Assembly: GCA_934140355.1 (NCBI GenBank)
Contig: CAKPBH010000002.1
Coordinates: 1 to 61,236, forward strand
Direction: 5' to 3'
DNA: 61,236 nt
From: an uncultured Bacilli bacterium
GTDB taxonomy: Bacteria > Bacillota_I > Bacilli_A > RF39 > UBA660
Shown here: in pieces, positions 8,205-16,162 of the stretch
How the letters are laid out: each line of letters starts with the position of its first letter
Position numbering within the stretch: the first letter of the stretch is position 1
Program-made: the position numbers and the translations under genes
Notes under the pieces: model-generated
The model's database searches: none
What the model saw: only the letters and a program-made list of their open reading frames with translations
What the model was told of the DNA's origin: nothing

Positions 8205-9065
8205 TTATCTCCACTCTTCAAATCCCATTTTATTTTCAAAATTAGTAATAATAACTTCCTCTACCTTTCCTCTTTTTCTTCCACTAGCACTAATACTTCT
8301 TTTTGCTTCGATGATATGAATATGAAAATCTTTATATAATTCATTTACTAAAGTAGTATTATGATTAGATAACATGACATAACAGCCTCTATCGGATAGT
8401 TCTTTAAATACTTTAGCAAGCCTTCTTTGTTCTTCTTTCCCAAAACCTTCTTCAGTATAACTATTAAATGTTTTAGTATCTGAATCGTATGGTGGATCAA
8501 AATAAATGAAATCTCCCTTTTTAGCATCTTTTACAGATTCTTCAAAATCAACCGATAGCACCTTGACATCATTATAATTTAAATACCCACATATCACCCC
8601 TAAATTTTGTCCTTCATAAGTATTTACTTTAGTTTTCTTTCCAAAAGGAACATTAAATTCATTTTTACTGTTAACTCTATATAATCCATTAAAACATGAT
8701 TTATTTAAATAAATAGTGCGAGCGGCTCTTTTCACATCCGTTAGTCTATTGAATTTCTTTTTATCTCTATCTAAATTTCTTATTTCATAATAATACTTCT
8801 CCGAATGTTCTGCTTCATGATGGTTCAATTCTTTGCACATCGCTTCAAATTTTTGCCCATCCTTAATACATTCATAAACATTCATCAATTCTTTGTTAGA
8901 ATCATTAATTACTGCCTTTTTAGGAGATAACTCAAACAACAATGCGCCTCCCCCTACAAATGGTTCATAATAAGTATTAAACTCGTCTGGAACATATTGT
9001 TTTAATTTATCTATTATCTGTCTTTTTCCTCCTGCCCATTTTACAAATGGTTTTCCTTTAATCAT
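8205..9065 (-). CDS. dam: DNA adenine methyltransferase, Dam family (GATC-type), orphan
   Basis: KPFVKWAGGKRQII, EPFVGGGALLFEL, catalytic FIYFDPPY. No adjacent endonuclease gene. Confidence 0.9.
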   Translation of the reverse strand: MIKGKPFVKWAGGKRQIIDKLKQYVPDEFNTYYEPFVGGGALLFELSPKKAVINDSNKELMNVYECIKDGQKFEAMCKELNHHEAEHSEKYYYEIRNLDRDKKKFNRLTDVKRAARTIYLNKSCFNGLYRVNSKNEFNVPFGKKTKVNTYEGQNLGVICGYLNYNDVKVLSVDFEESVKDAKKGDFIYFDPPYDSDTKTFNSYTEEGFGKEEQRRLAKVFKELSDRGCYVMLSNHNTTLVNELYKDFHIHIIEAKRSISASGRKRGKVEEVIITNFENKMGFEEWR

Positions 9066-9312
9066 TCCTATTCACCTTATCTCTCTATCACTAATCTTAC
9101 TCAATTACCTTTTTTAAATGCTTAAAAAATTATTGATTTTTTAAGAACTTATTTCCAAATTTTTCTAAAATTACCCTAAGGAAAAAATTTTTCCTCATCA
9201 CTTTCTTAAGAATAATTCCAAAAGCTTTCTATCATTATACCATGCAAAAAGACATTTTTCTTCAAAATGCCTTAATTTTTGTTATATTTTCTGGAATATT
9301 ATTCATGATTTC

Positions 9313-9942
9313 CTATTTATTTCCCATAAAAAGAGTATCACCTGATTTAACAATATAATAACTACTATCAATAGGTTGATAAGGAATATTTAAATAACTT
9401 GTCAGCGCAATAACAATCGCTTCACCTACTTCTTTTAGATTATTTTTTAAAAAATTAGCTTCCTTCTCATTATCAATATTTCCATAATAAATAATAATAC
9501 TTTCATTATTTTTAGTATCTCTGATTAATTGATTATAATCAAGAGCCGTATCACTAGGCAATCTTCTTTGATAGTATTTTTCCACTTTTAAACCAACAGT
9601 ATTTAATTCATCCGCTATTTTTTTCGCTAAAGTACTACTATTTCTAAGAGCATAAACAATTTCAGCATTCTCTCCCCCAGCAGTCAAGGCATTAGAAATA
9701 ACAATAACATCATTTCCTTTTCCATAAGTTGATGTAATTCGACTAACCCGATCATCCATATTTATAGTCTCATCACTATCTCTAGTTAAAGAAGTAGGAA
9801 CACCATAAGCACGAAGACGATCATAAATATATTTACTTAACTCTAAATTATAATTTTTTTCCGTAATTCCATTAACACTACTTCCAATATCTTCCCCACC
9901 ACGATAAGCATCAATAACAACTTTCTTATCTACTCTATCCAT
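9313..9942 (-). CDS. Amidase_3-like (N-acetylmuramoyl-L-alanine amidase fold) fragment; 5-prime segment of the split gene
   Basis: VVIDAYRGGEDIGSS..GITEKNYNLELS...VISNALTAGGEN resembles CwlD-type amidases, but the His zinc ligands appear to be replaced. Ends SSYYIVKSGD (start of a LysM), then 7 element-encoded residues TLFMGNK*. No signal peptide. Confidence 0.75.
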   Translation of the reverse strand: MDRVDKKVVIDAYRGGEDIGSSVNGITEKNYNLELSKYIYDRLRAYGVPTSLTRDSDETINMDDRVSRITSTYGKGNDVIVISNALTAGGENAEIVYALRNSSTLAKKIADELNTVGLKVEKYYQRRLPSDTALDYNQLIRDTKNNESIIIYYGNIDNEKEANFLKNNLKEVGEAIVIALTSYLNIPYQPIDSSYYIVKSGDTLFMGNK

Positions 9943-9985
9943 AAAATATCACCTAATGTATTTTATGTTTTTTCAAAGAGAAAGG

Positions 9986-10921
9986 TTATATTTCAATAGT
10001 TGTTTCATCAATAAAGTGATAACTCGTTTTATATTTTAATTCCCTCATCAAACGAAATAATGCATCATCTTTAGCTTTAGCTTCTAACATAATATCAATA
10101 GAAATAGGATATTTTTTTATCATTTCTAAAAATAAAATAAAAGCATCACTATCAATATAATCATTATGACTTCTTATTTCTTTTTTGTTTTTAGGACTAC
10201 TAAAATGAATTTTAGGAGGAATATTTTTATTTTTCCAAGTTAAAAATACTTGTTCTAAATAATCTTCCAGCGGCTCTTCTGTCGGATTGCAACAGTGATG
10301 ATGATAATCTAAAACAACAGGAATATTAAGTTTAGAAGAAAGATAAAGACAATCCTTAATATTAAAAATTTTATCATCATTTTCAATAGCAATAATTTCT
10401 TGTAAATGTTTGGGAAGTTTTTTAAAAGTATTAATAAATCTAGATAAAGATAAATCTTTACCAAAGGTATTTCCCCCTACATGAAGAAGTAAAATTTTTT
10501 CATCAATCTTCATTGCTTTCAACAATTGGTAATGATATTCCAAAAGAGCAATGGATGAAGCAATAACCTCTTTTCTAGTACTATTTAAAACACAATATTG
10601 ACTGATATGAAAATCAAAACGCATCTTAGTTTTCTTCAAAATTTCTTCTATTTTTTTATAAAACGATAGATAAGGGGTAATGTACGAAAAAGAAACAGAT
10701 GGTGCAGTAGCAAGAGGAATTAAACTAGATGAAGCTCGATAGAAATGAATGTTATTTCTTTGATTATAAATTAATGTTTCGATTAAAGCATTAAGGTTAG
10801 ATTTAATAATCCGATCTAACTTTTCATAGTTTTGTTCCTTCTGAAAAACAGTTAGTGGATAAGGGGTAGAAGTAGAAGATTTAATAGAGGAACTAATAGC
10901 AACATAACCTAAGCGTATCAT
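9986..10921 (-). CDS. uvsE: UV damage endonuclease UvsE/UvdE
   Basis: Collinear with B. subtilis UvsE from memory: IRLGYV, FYRASSSLIPLAT, LLHVGG, IENDDK, LDYHHH, KIHFSSPK, IRSHNDYID, IMLEAKAKDDALFRLM. Confidence 0.9.
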   Translation of the reverse strand: MIRLGYVAISSSIKSSTSTPYPLTVFQKEQNYEKLDRIIKSNLNALIETLIYNQRNNIHFYRASSSLIPLATAPSVSFSYITPYLSFYKKIEEILKKTKMRFDFHISQYCVLNSTRKEVIASSIALLEYHYQLLKAMKIDEKILLLHVGGNTFGKDLSLSRFINTFKKLPKHLQEIIAIENDDKIFNIKDCLYLSSKLNIPVVLDYHHHCCNPTEEPLEDYLEQVFLTWKNKNIPPKIHFSSPKNKKEIRSHNDYIDSDAFILFLEMIKKYPISIDIMLEAKAKDDALFRLMRELKYKTSYHFIDETTIEI

Positions 10922-11126
10922 AAATAATCACCATCATTAGTATGGAAATAAGAAAGCAAAATCATCCCCCTTTTATAAAATTATTGTATAAAAAAAAGAA
11001 GAATCACCAAATCTTTGATCCCTTCTTTTAATCATTAATTTTAAGCTAGCTACTAAAAAATTTTAATAAAAAGTTCTTCTATTTGAATCAAAATTGATAA
11101 TAAGAATAAATAACAAGAATAAACTA

Positions 11127-12023
11127 TTATTTCTTCTCTGTCTTAGGAAAGTAATCCCCTATTAATTTATCTGTTGTAAAGATATAATCATAAAATGCCC
11201 TTATTTCTTTACATAAAAGCAATTCTTCTTTTTGAAATTCTAATTTTTTAGGAATCGAAATTAAACAAAAGAACAGTGCTTTTTCCTCAGGAAGCATTGG
11301 ATAATGCCCCTCATAATTACGAAGTAAATTATAAAAATCAAATTCTTTATAATATTTTTGATAAAAAATAACTAAGTCATAAACAGGAATATCTCTTTTA
11401 CTTTTGCCCCAACTAATAAAATAAGGTTTAGTTTCTAATAAGTAATGTTCTAAACTTAAATTGTTATGAATTTGTGTAATACGAACTCTTTTCTTTTCCT
11501 CAATAATTTTATACCAATTTTCAATTTGATTTTGACAATAATGCATAGATTGAAAAAGTTTAGATATGTTGCGAATAAAAAGATAATGTGCTGGAGACAT
11601 ATACTCTTCTTGCTCAATTAATTCTGCAATATCTTGATAATAATTCATCAAATAATCTAATCTTTCTAAAATTTTTTCATATATCTTTTTATAAGTATCA
11701 TCATCTATATCTTTATAAAAAGTAGTTTTGCTATGTAAAAGAGTTAATAATTTAATAATATCAGCAGCTTTTTCCTCCTTAGGAAGAGGAGTATCTTCAA
11801 TATAATGATAAATTTCATAGTTTTTAGTCTTATAGAGAATATGAGGAAAATAATCAAAAGATCTAGACTTTAAATACTTATATAAAGGTTCTAGATCATG
11901 ATTTTTTCTCTTAATAACAAAAGTTTGCGATCCGGTATCAATAATTCGAATATGATTTCGAATGGTAATTTTTTGGGTGGTAATATTTAGTTTTGAGAAT
12001 AATTCTCTTAATTCCTTATTCAT
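11127..12023 (-). CDS. CotS/YsxE-family spore coat protein (kinase-like fold)
   Basis: 298 aa phosphotransferase-like layout (..FVIKRKN.., LTLLHSKT, IHNNLSLEHYLL). Overlaps the upstream spoVID/sipL-like gene, as in the B. subtilis spoVID-ysxE operon. Confidence 0.55.
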   Translation of the reverse strand: MNKELRELFSKLNITTQKITIRNHIRIIDTGSQTFVIKRKNHDLEPLYKYLKSRSFDYFPHILYKTKNYEIYHYIEDTPLPKEEKAADIIKLLTLLHSKTTFYKDIDDDTYKKIYEKILERLDYLMNYYQDIAELIEQEEYMSPAHYLFIRNISKLFQSMHYCQNQIENWYKIIEEKKRVRITQIHNNLSLEHYLLETKPYFISWGKSKRDIPVYDLVIFYQKYYKEFDFYNLLRNYEGHYPMLPEEKALFFCLISIPKKLEFQKEELLLCKEIRAFYDYIFTTDKLIGDYFPKTEKK

Positions 12024-12813
12024 TAGAGTTAGGGATAATTAATTTTGTTCCCGGTTTAATTTGTTCTATATTATTATATAAACTAATTTGTTCTTTATCC
12101 ACATTATATTTCTTGATAATACTATCAATAGTATCTTCCTCATGAACAATATAAACATGATAAGTTACATAACTATCTGCATTATCAACATTCTCAAAAA
12201 TATTAAAATTATTTTGCAGTTGACTTTCTTTCGAATCCTCTTTATTTTCTAAAATGATAGAATCAATCGTTGGTCGGGTAACATTAGAAGAAAACGCAAA
12301 AGAATCGGGGTGGGATGTCTCAATTTCTTCCTTTTCCTCTCTACTCTCACTATTCTTTTGTATTAGCGTATCATCGGAAGACAACTGATTGATTTCGGGA
12401 AAATTAATATCCACTAATTCTGCCTCGGTTGCATTTGGAGTAGAATCCATCTCTTTAACTTCCTCTTTTTTCTTTTCAACCCCTTCTAAATATAAATCAA
12501 TATTTACTTGCAATGATTCATTATTAACCACCTCATAATAAAAATTATCAATATCGATAGAGATCGTATCTAAATCATACTTATTGTCTAGTTCAATATC
12601 AAAAGGAATTTTAAAAGAAAAGTTTTCACGATTAATAGAAGATGCTGTTATTTTATAATCTCCACTAATATAAAACTCTCCACTAATTCGATCTTCTTTT
12701 TTAATACTTAAGGTATGTTCTAAGGAAATTGAAGTAATTTCATTAACGTTGGTTTTAAAGAGTAAATCTTTTTTAAAGGGTATTATTTGTTTCATATTTA
12801 TCCATCCTTTCAA
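12016..12813 (-). CDS. SpoVID/SipL-like spore coat morphogenetic protein with C-terminal LysM
   Basis: C-terminal LysM YHVYIVHEEDTIDSIIKKYNVDKEQISLYNNIEQIKPGTKLIIP. Acidic middle region. N-terminal beta-rich domain. Likely start is M7 at about 12795, after AAAGGA. Confidence 0.55.
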   Translation of the reverse strand: MKGWINMKQIIPFKKDLLFKTNVNEITSISLEHTLSIKKEDRISGEFYISGDYKITASSINRENFSFKIPFDIELDNKYDLDTISIDIDNFYYEVVNNESLQVNIDLYLEGVEKKKEEVKEMDSTPNATEAELVDINFPEINQLSSDDTLIQKNSESREEKEEIETSHPDSFAFSSNVTRPTIDSIILENKEDSKESQLQNNFNIFENVDNADSYVTYHVYIVHEEDTIDSIIKKYNVDKEQISLYNNIEQIKPGTKLIIPNSNE

Positions 12814-12838
12814 GTAATTATATGAATTTGGATAAAAT

Positions 12839-13882
12839 TTATACTTCCAAAAAGTAAGTTACTTTATGAAAAGAATAAAGCAATGGTTTAATTTCTTCTT
12901 CTCTCTCTTGAGAACAAATAATCCATATTTCTTTTTGTGCTACAGTTAAACTAGCCGATAATATCATTTTTCTCTCATAAGTATTTTTCCGAGGATTAAA
13001 TATCGCTTCCATTGTATCTTCCATTAAGTAAGGTAAAATAACTATAGGATATGTTTTTTTAGTTTTAAAAATATTCTCACAACAATATTCTTGTTCTTGA
13101 TAAACAATGGTTTGCTTATCTTTTTTAAAAAAAGCTTGATCCTGAATTAATTTTTTTTGATCACTTTCTTTATCTACTGCAATTAGATAATCCACTGCCC
13201 TATATTTTTCAATCATCCGGCCCAAAAGTTGCATTAAAGATTTATTCTTTGCAACAGAAGATGGAGCTTGATAAAAAAATACTTTAATTTCTTTTTCATC
13301 CTTTAAAATCATTTCATTAATTTTTTTGATATTCTCTTTTAAAAATTGCTCGGTTATCATTGCAAGTTCCCTTTGAGAAAGATAAGTATCAGGACAATAA
13401 AGCCACTTTTGTTCTTGAAGATATTTAGAATATTTAATAGATAAAGATATTTGGTTCTTCAAAAGAAAATGATTTGGATATTTTTTTAATAAAATTAAAG
13501 AATGATTTTCTAAAATAATATCATCAATATCTAAAAAAATAGTATACGTTTTCCTAGATATTGACTTTGCTATTCTCTGATTTAGAACCTCATCATCAAT
13601 ATATTTTTTTTCTACAACATATTTTTGATAATCACTTAAAATCTGTTTTAAAATATTTTTTTGATTTTTGTTTAATTTTGTGTTATCCAATTTAACTCTT
13701 TGATCAGTTAATGGAATAAGTAACTGATGAATAAAATCAAACATATAACTATCCATAGTAGTTTCCTTTAAAGTTTGATAAATATCTTCATCTTCCTTTT
13801 TAGAAAAAGCAATTCTTCTTTTAATCAATTGATAAGTTAATGTTTCTAAATAATTTGTTTTCTCATCTTTTAAAAGAATCAC
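12839..13882 (-). CDS. UvrD/helicase-IV-like protein, C-terminal part, catalytic motifs degenerate
   Basis: ENIFKTKKTYPIVILPYL aligns with T(I/V)HKSKGLE.D.VIL. ERKMILSASLTVAQKEIWIIC aligns with R.LYVA.TRAK..L.I. 4-nt overlap with the upstream ORF. Confidence 0.35.
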   Translation of the reverse strand: MILLKDEKTNYLETLTYQLIKRRIAFSKKEDEDIYQTLKETTMDSYMFDFIHQLLIPLTDQRVKLDNTKLNKNQKNILKQILSDYQKYVVEKKYIDDEVLNQRIAKSISRKTYTIFLDIDDIILENHSLILLKKYPNHFLLKNQISLSIKYSKYLQEQKWLYCPDTYLSQRELAMITEQFLKENIKKINEMILKDEKEIKVFFYQAPSSVAKNKSLMQLLGRMIEKYRAVDYLIAVDKESDQKKLIQDQAFFKKDKQTIVYQEQEYCCENIFKTKKTYPIVILPYLMEDTMEAIFNPRKNTYERKMILSASLTVAQKEIWIICSQEREEEIKPLLYSFHKVTYFLEV

Positions 13883-14868
13883 CCACTCCCCTCTTCTTGT
13901 CTGAAATTTGAAGATTTTTGATAAATAATTTTTAGATTATTTTCTAAGAAGAAAGTATTTTGATGATAATGATAAACAATGCTATTTAAATATAAAAAAT
14001 TAGCAATATCAATTTCAGCTTTCGTTTCCAATGTTTCATTTAAGATAGTACGAAAATTCTTTTTCCTTTTAATAATTTCAGATTGAACAAAATCCTTTAA
14101 AGATAATTTACTTTCTAAAAATTTTCTTTTATATAAATAAGCATGATAATCCCTAAAAGTTTCAAATTCCAAATAATCTCGATTAAGATAAATATAAGAG
14201 TCAAAGTTTTCATAAATCTTAGTAAAGATTTTTTTGTGAGGAAATACCGTTTCCAATAAATAATTTCTAAAAATTGCATATTTTTTTTGGGTAGTTAATC
14301 TTTTTTCGCCTTCGTTTAAAAATTTTTCTTGATATTCTTTTAATAAGTAAATTTTAACATTTATTTTTGCATCATTTAAAGATTGTTTTAAAGAATAATA
14401 ATCTTCTTTCTCCTTGGTAAAAATAAGGATTTTTTGATCAGAAAAAATGTTTTTTTGAATAAAATACTTAACTTTACTTATGATAAAAGAATAATAATGC
14501 TCCCGAATAAAATAAACCATTATATTCTCATTACTTAATAAAATATTTTTTTGTTGATTATCTAGTTTAGGTGAAAATATATGGCAAAGAAATTGTTGAT
14601 CCTTTTCTAGTTCTTGTTTTATTACTTTCATATTATGATGTTTTAAGATTTGTTTTTCTTTTTGTTTTACTTGCTTAATTTTCTGATAAATTGGATCAGA
14701 CTGATATAAAATCTCTATTTTTTTCATTTCCGAAAAAAGATAAGAATATTGTTTCATAAAACAAGAATAAGTATGATAATCAATATAAACATTTTTACTC
14801 AAAAAGTTTGTATATTTGTTTAAAAAATTTTTCATATCATAGTAAACTAAATTTAATGATTCGTTCAT
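13879..14868 (-). CDS. UvrD/helicase-IV-like protein, N-terminal part, Walker A destroyed
   Basis: LDNQQKNILLSNENIMVYFIREHYYSFIISKVKYFIQ...QKILIFTKEKEDYYSLKQSL aligns with LNxxQxxAV...LLVLAGAGSGKT...ILxxTFTxxAAxEM. Helicase-IV-type insert EIDIANFLYLNSIVYHYHQ. Confidence 0.35.
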   Translation of the reverse strand: MNESLNLVYYDMKNFLNKYTNFLSKNVYIDYHTYSCFMKQYSYLFSEMKKIEILYQSDPIYQKIKQVKQKEKQILKHHNMKVIKQELEKDQQFLCHIFSPKLDNQQKNILLSNENIMVYFIREHYYSFIISKVKYFIQKNIFSDQKILIFTKEKEDYYSLKQSLNDAKINVKIYLLKEYQEKFLNEGEKRLTTQKKYAIFRNYLLETVFPHKKIFTKIYENFDSYIYLNRDYLEFETFRDYHAYLYKRKFLESKLSLKDFVQSEIIKRKKNFRTILNETLETKAEIDIANFLYLNSIVYHYHQNTFFLENNLKIIYQKSSNFRQEEGSG

Positions 14869-14953
14869 TTTTCCATTCCCTTCTATGCTAATAATATATC
14901 ACAAAGAAGAAAAAAAGAAAATATCTTATAACAGTTGAAATCAAATATTTTTT

Positions 14954-16096
14954 TTGTTATACTTAAAGTATGTTACGGGAGAGGATTTTATGAAGGAAAA
15001 ATTGAAATCGATAGAGAAAAAAAAATTATATTTAGCAGGTGGTTTTTTACTGGCTATTGTCATTATTTTATTTGGAGGAGCATTTCTTTATAATCGCTTC
15101 TTTTATAAAAAATCTTATAGCGAAATTGAAGATATTATGGTAAGTGCTTCTCAAAATTATTTAAAAAAAAATAAGGACAGATTACCAAAACAATATAACG
15201 AAGTACTTACCTTAACAGAAAGCGATTTAACAAGTGCTAGCGAAATGAAAACAATTGCAGAATACTTAAAAAATGATAGTATTGCTTGTACAGGAAATGT
15301 TAATGTAACTAATATTAATGGGGAGTATCGTTATATACCAGAACTAGATTGTGGGGAAAAATACAAGACATTAAAATTTATAGACTACATTAAAAAGACA
15401 GTTAAAATTGTAGAGAACGGGAATGGATTATACCAACTTAATGATGAATTAGTTTATCGAGGAGATAACGTTAAAAATTATGTTAAATTTTCTGGAAAAA
15501 CTTATCGAATTGTAAAATTTAGTGATGATAGTCCCGTAATTATTTATACAGAAAAAACAGATAATGCAGTGTGGGATGATCGCTATAATATAGATAAAAA
15601 TTCTAATTTGGGAATTAATGATTATTCGGTTAGTAGAATTAAAGATGTTGTTGACAAAATTTATAAAAATGAAAAAATTATTTCTAAAGATCAAAAATTA
15701 ATGGTTATTGCTCACAATTTGAATGTAGGAAAAAGATCTGAAAACGATACAGATAAAACGGGAGGGTTAGAAAAAAGTGCAATTATTGAAAATCAGTTTA
15801 TTGGTCTATTACCATTATCTGATTATTTAAATGCCAGTTTGGATCAAAATTGTGTCAAATCCACTAGTCCTTCTTGTATGAATTATAATTATTTATCAAA
15901 GTTTCGGTATAGTTGGTGGACAATGACGGCAACAAATACAAATTCCTTCCAAGTTTATAAAGTTGGCGCTACTAAAAATGCTGAATTATCTTCAGCAGTT
16001 GGTAGTGGATATCTAAGACACGTTTTGTACTTGACTAAAGATGCTTTGTATGTTTCTGGTACAGGTACTTCATCTGATCCATATATTTTAAAATAA
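14954..16096 (+). CDS. Membrane-anchored surface protein of the pilin-associated GLY..YRG.NV.NYV.F family
   Basis: Likely start is the ATG at 14990, after GGGAGAGGA. N-terminal TM helix. GLYQLNDELVYRGDNVKNYVKFSGKTYRIV. C-terminal SWWTMT...YVSGTGTSSDPYILK, a module shared with ORF 52505..53986. Confidence 0.5.
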   Translation: MLYLKYVTGEDFMKEKLKSIEKKKLYLAGGFLLAIVIILFGGAFLYNRFFYKKSYSEIEDIMVSASQNYLKKNKDRLPKQYNEVLTLTESDLTSASEMKTIAEYLKNDSIACTGNVNVTNINGEYRYIPELDCGEKYKTLKFIDYIKKTVKIVENGNGLYQLNDELVYRGDNVKNYVKFSGKTYRIVKFSDDSPVIIYTEKTDNAVWDDRYNIDKNSNLGINDYSVSRIKDVVDKIYKNEKIISKDQKLMVIAHNLNVGKRSENDTDKTGGLEKSAIIENQFIGLLPLSDYLNASLDQNCVKSTSPSCMNYNYLSKFRYSWWTMTATNTNSFQVYKVGATKNAELSSAVGSGYLRHVLYLTKDALYVSGTGTSSDPYILK

Positions 16097-16162
16097 TAAT
16101 CATAAAAAAAGAAGCTTTTTCTACAATAAAGAAAGTTTCTTTTTTTTATTTCTATCATCAAA

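Larger units (their letters stand above)
2661..9340. mobile_element. 6.68-kb gene-interrupting element with a large serine recombinase (skin/SPbeta-like intervening element or degraded integrative element)
   Basis: Shared core CCTGAT at 2659-2664 and 9341-9346. End arms 2661-2677 (tgataccatttttatgg) and 9324-9340 (ccataaaaagagtatca) are 15/17 inverted repeats. The recombinase stop codon lies inside the left arm. The flanks join into one ORF. Confidence 0.75.

Noticed and set aside
8205-9065. Type II restriction-modification system
   Set aside because: Only the Dam-like methyltransferase is present. The flanking sequence is non-coding on one side and the proS leader on the other.
2661-9340. 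Intact prophage
   Set aside because: There are no capsid, tail, terminase, portal or lysis genes. Only a recombinase, a toxin-antitoxin pair, a methylase, an aaRS and an IS relic are present. It is better described as a cryptic or intervening element.
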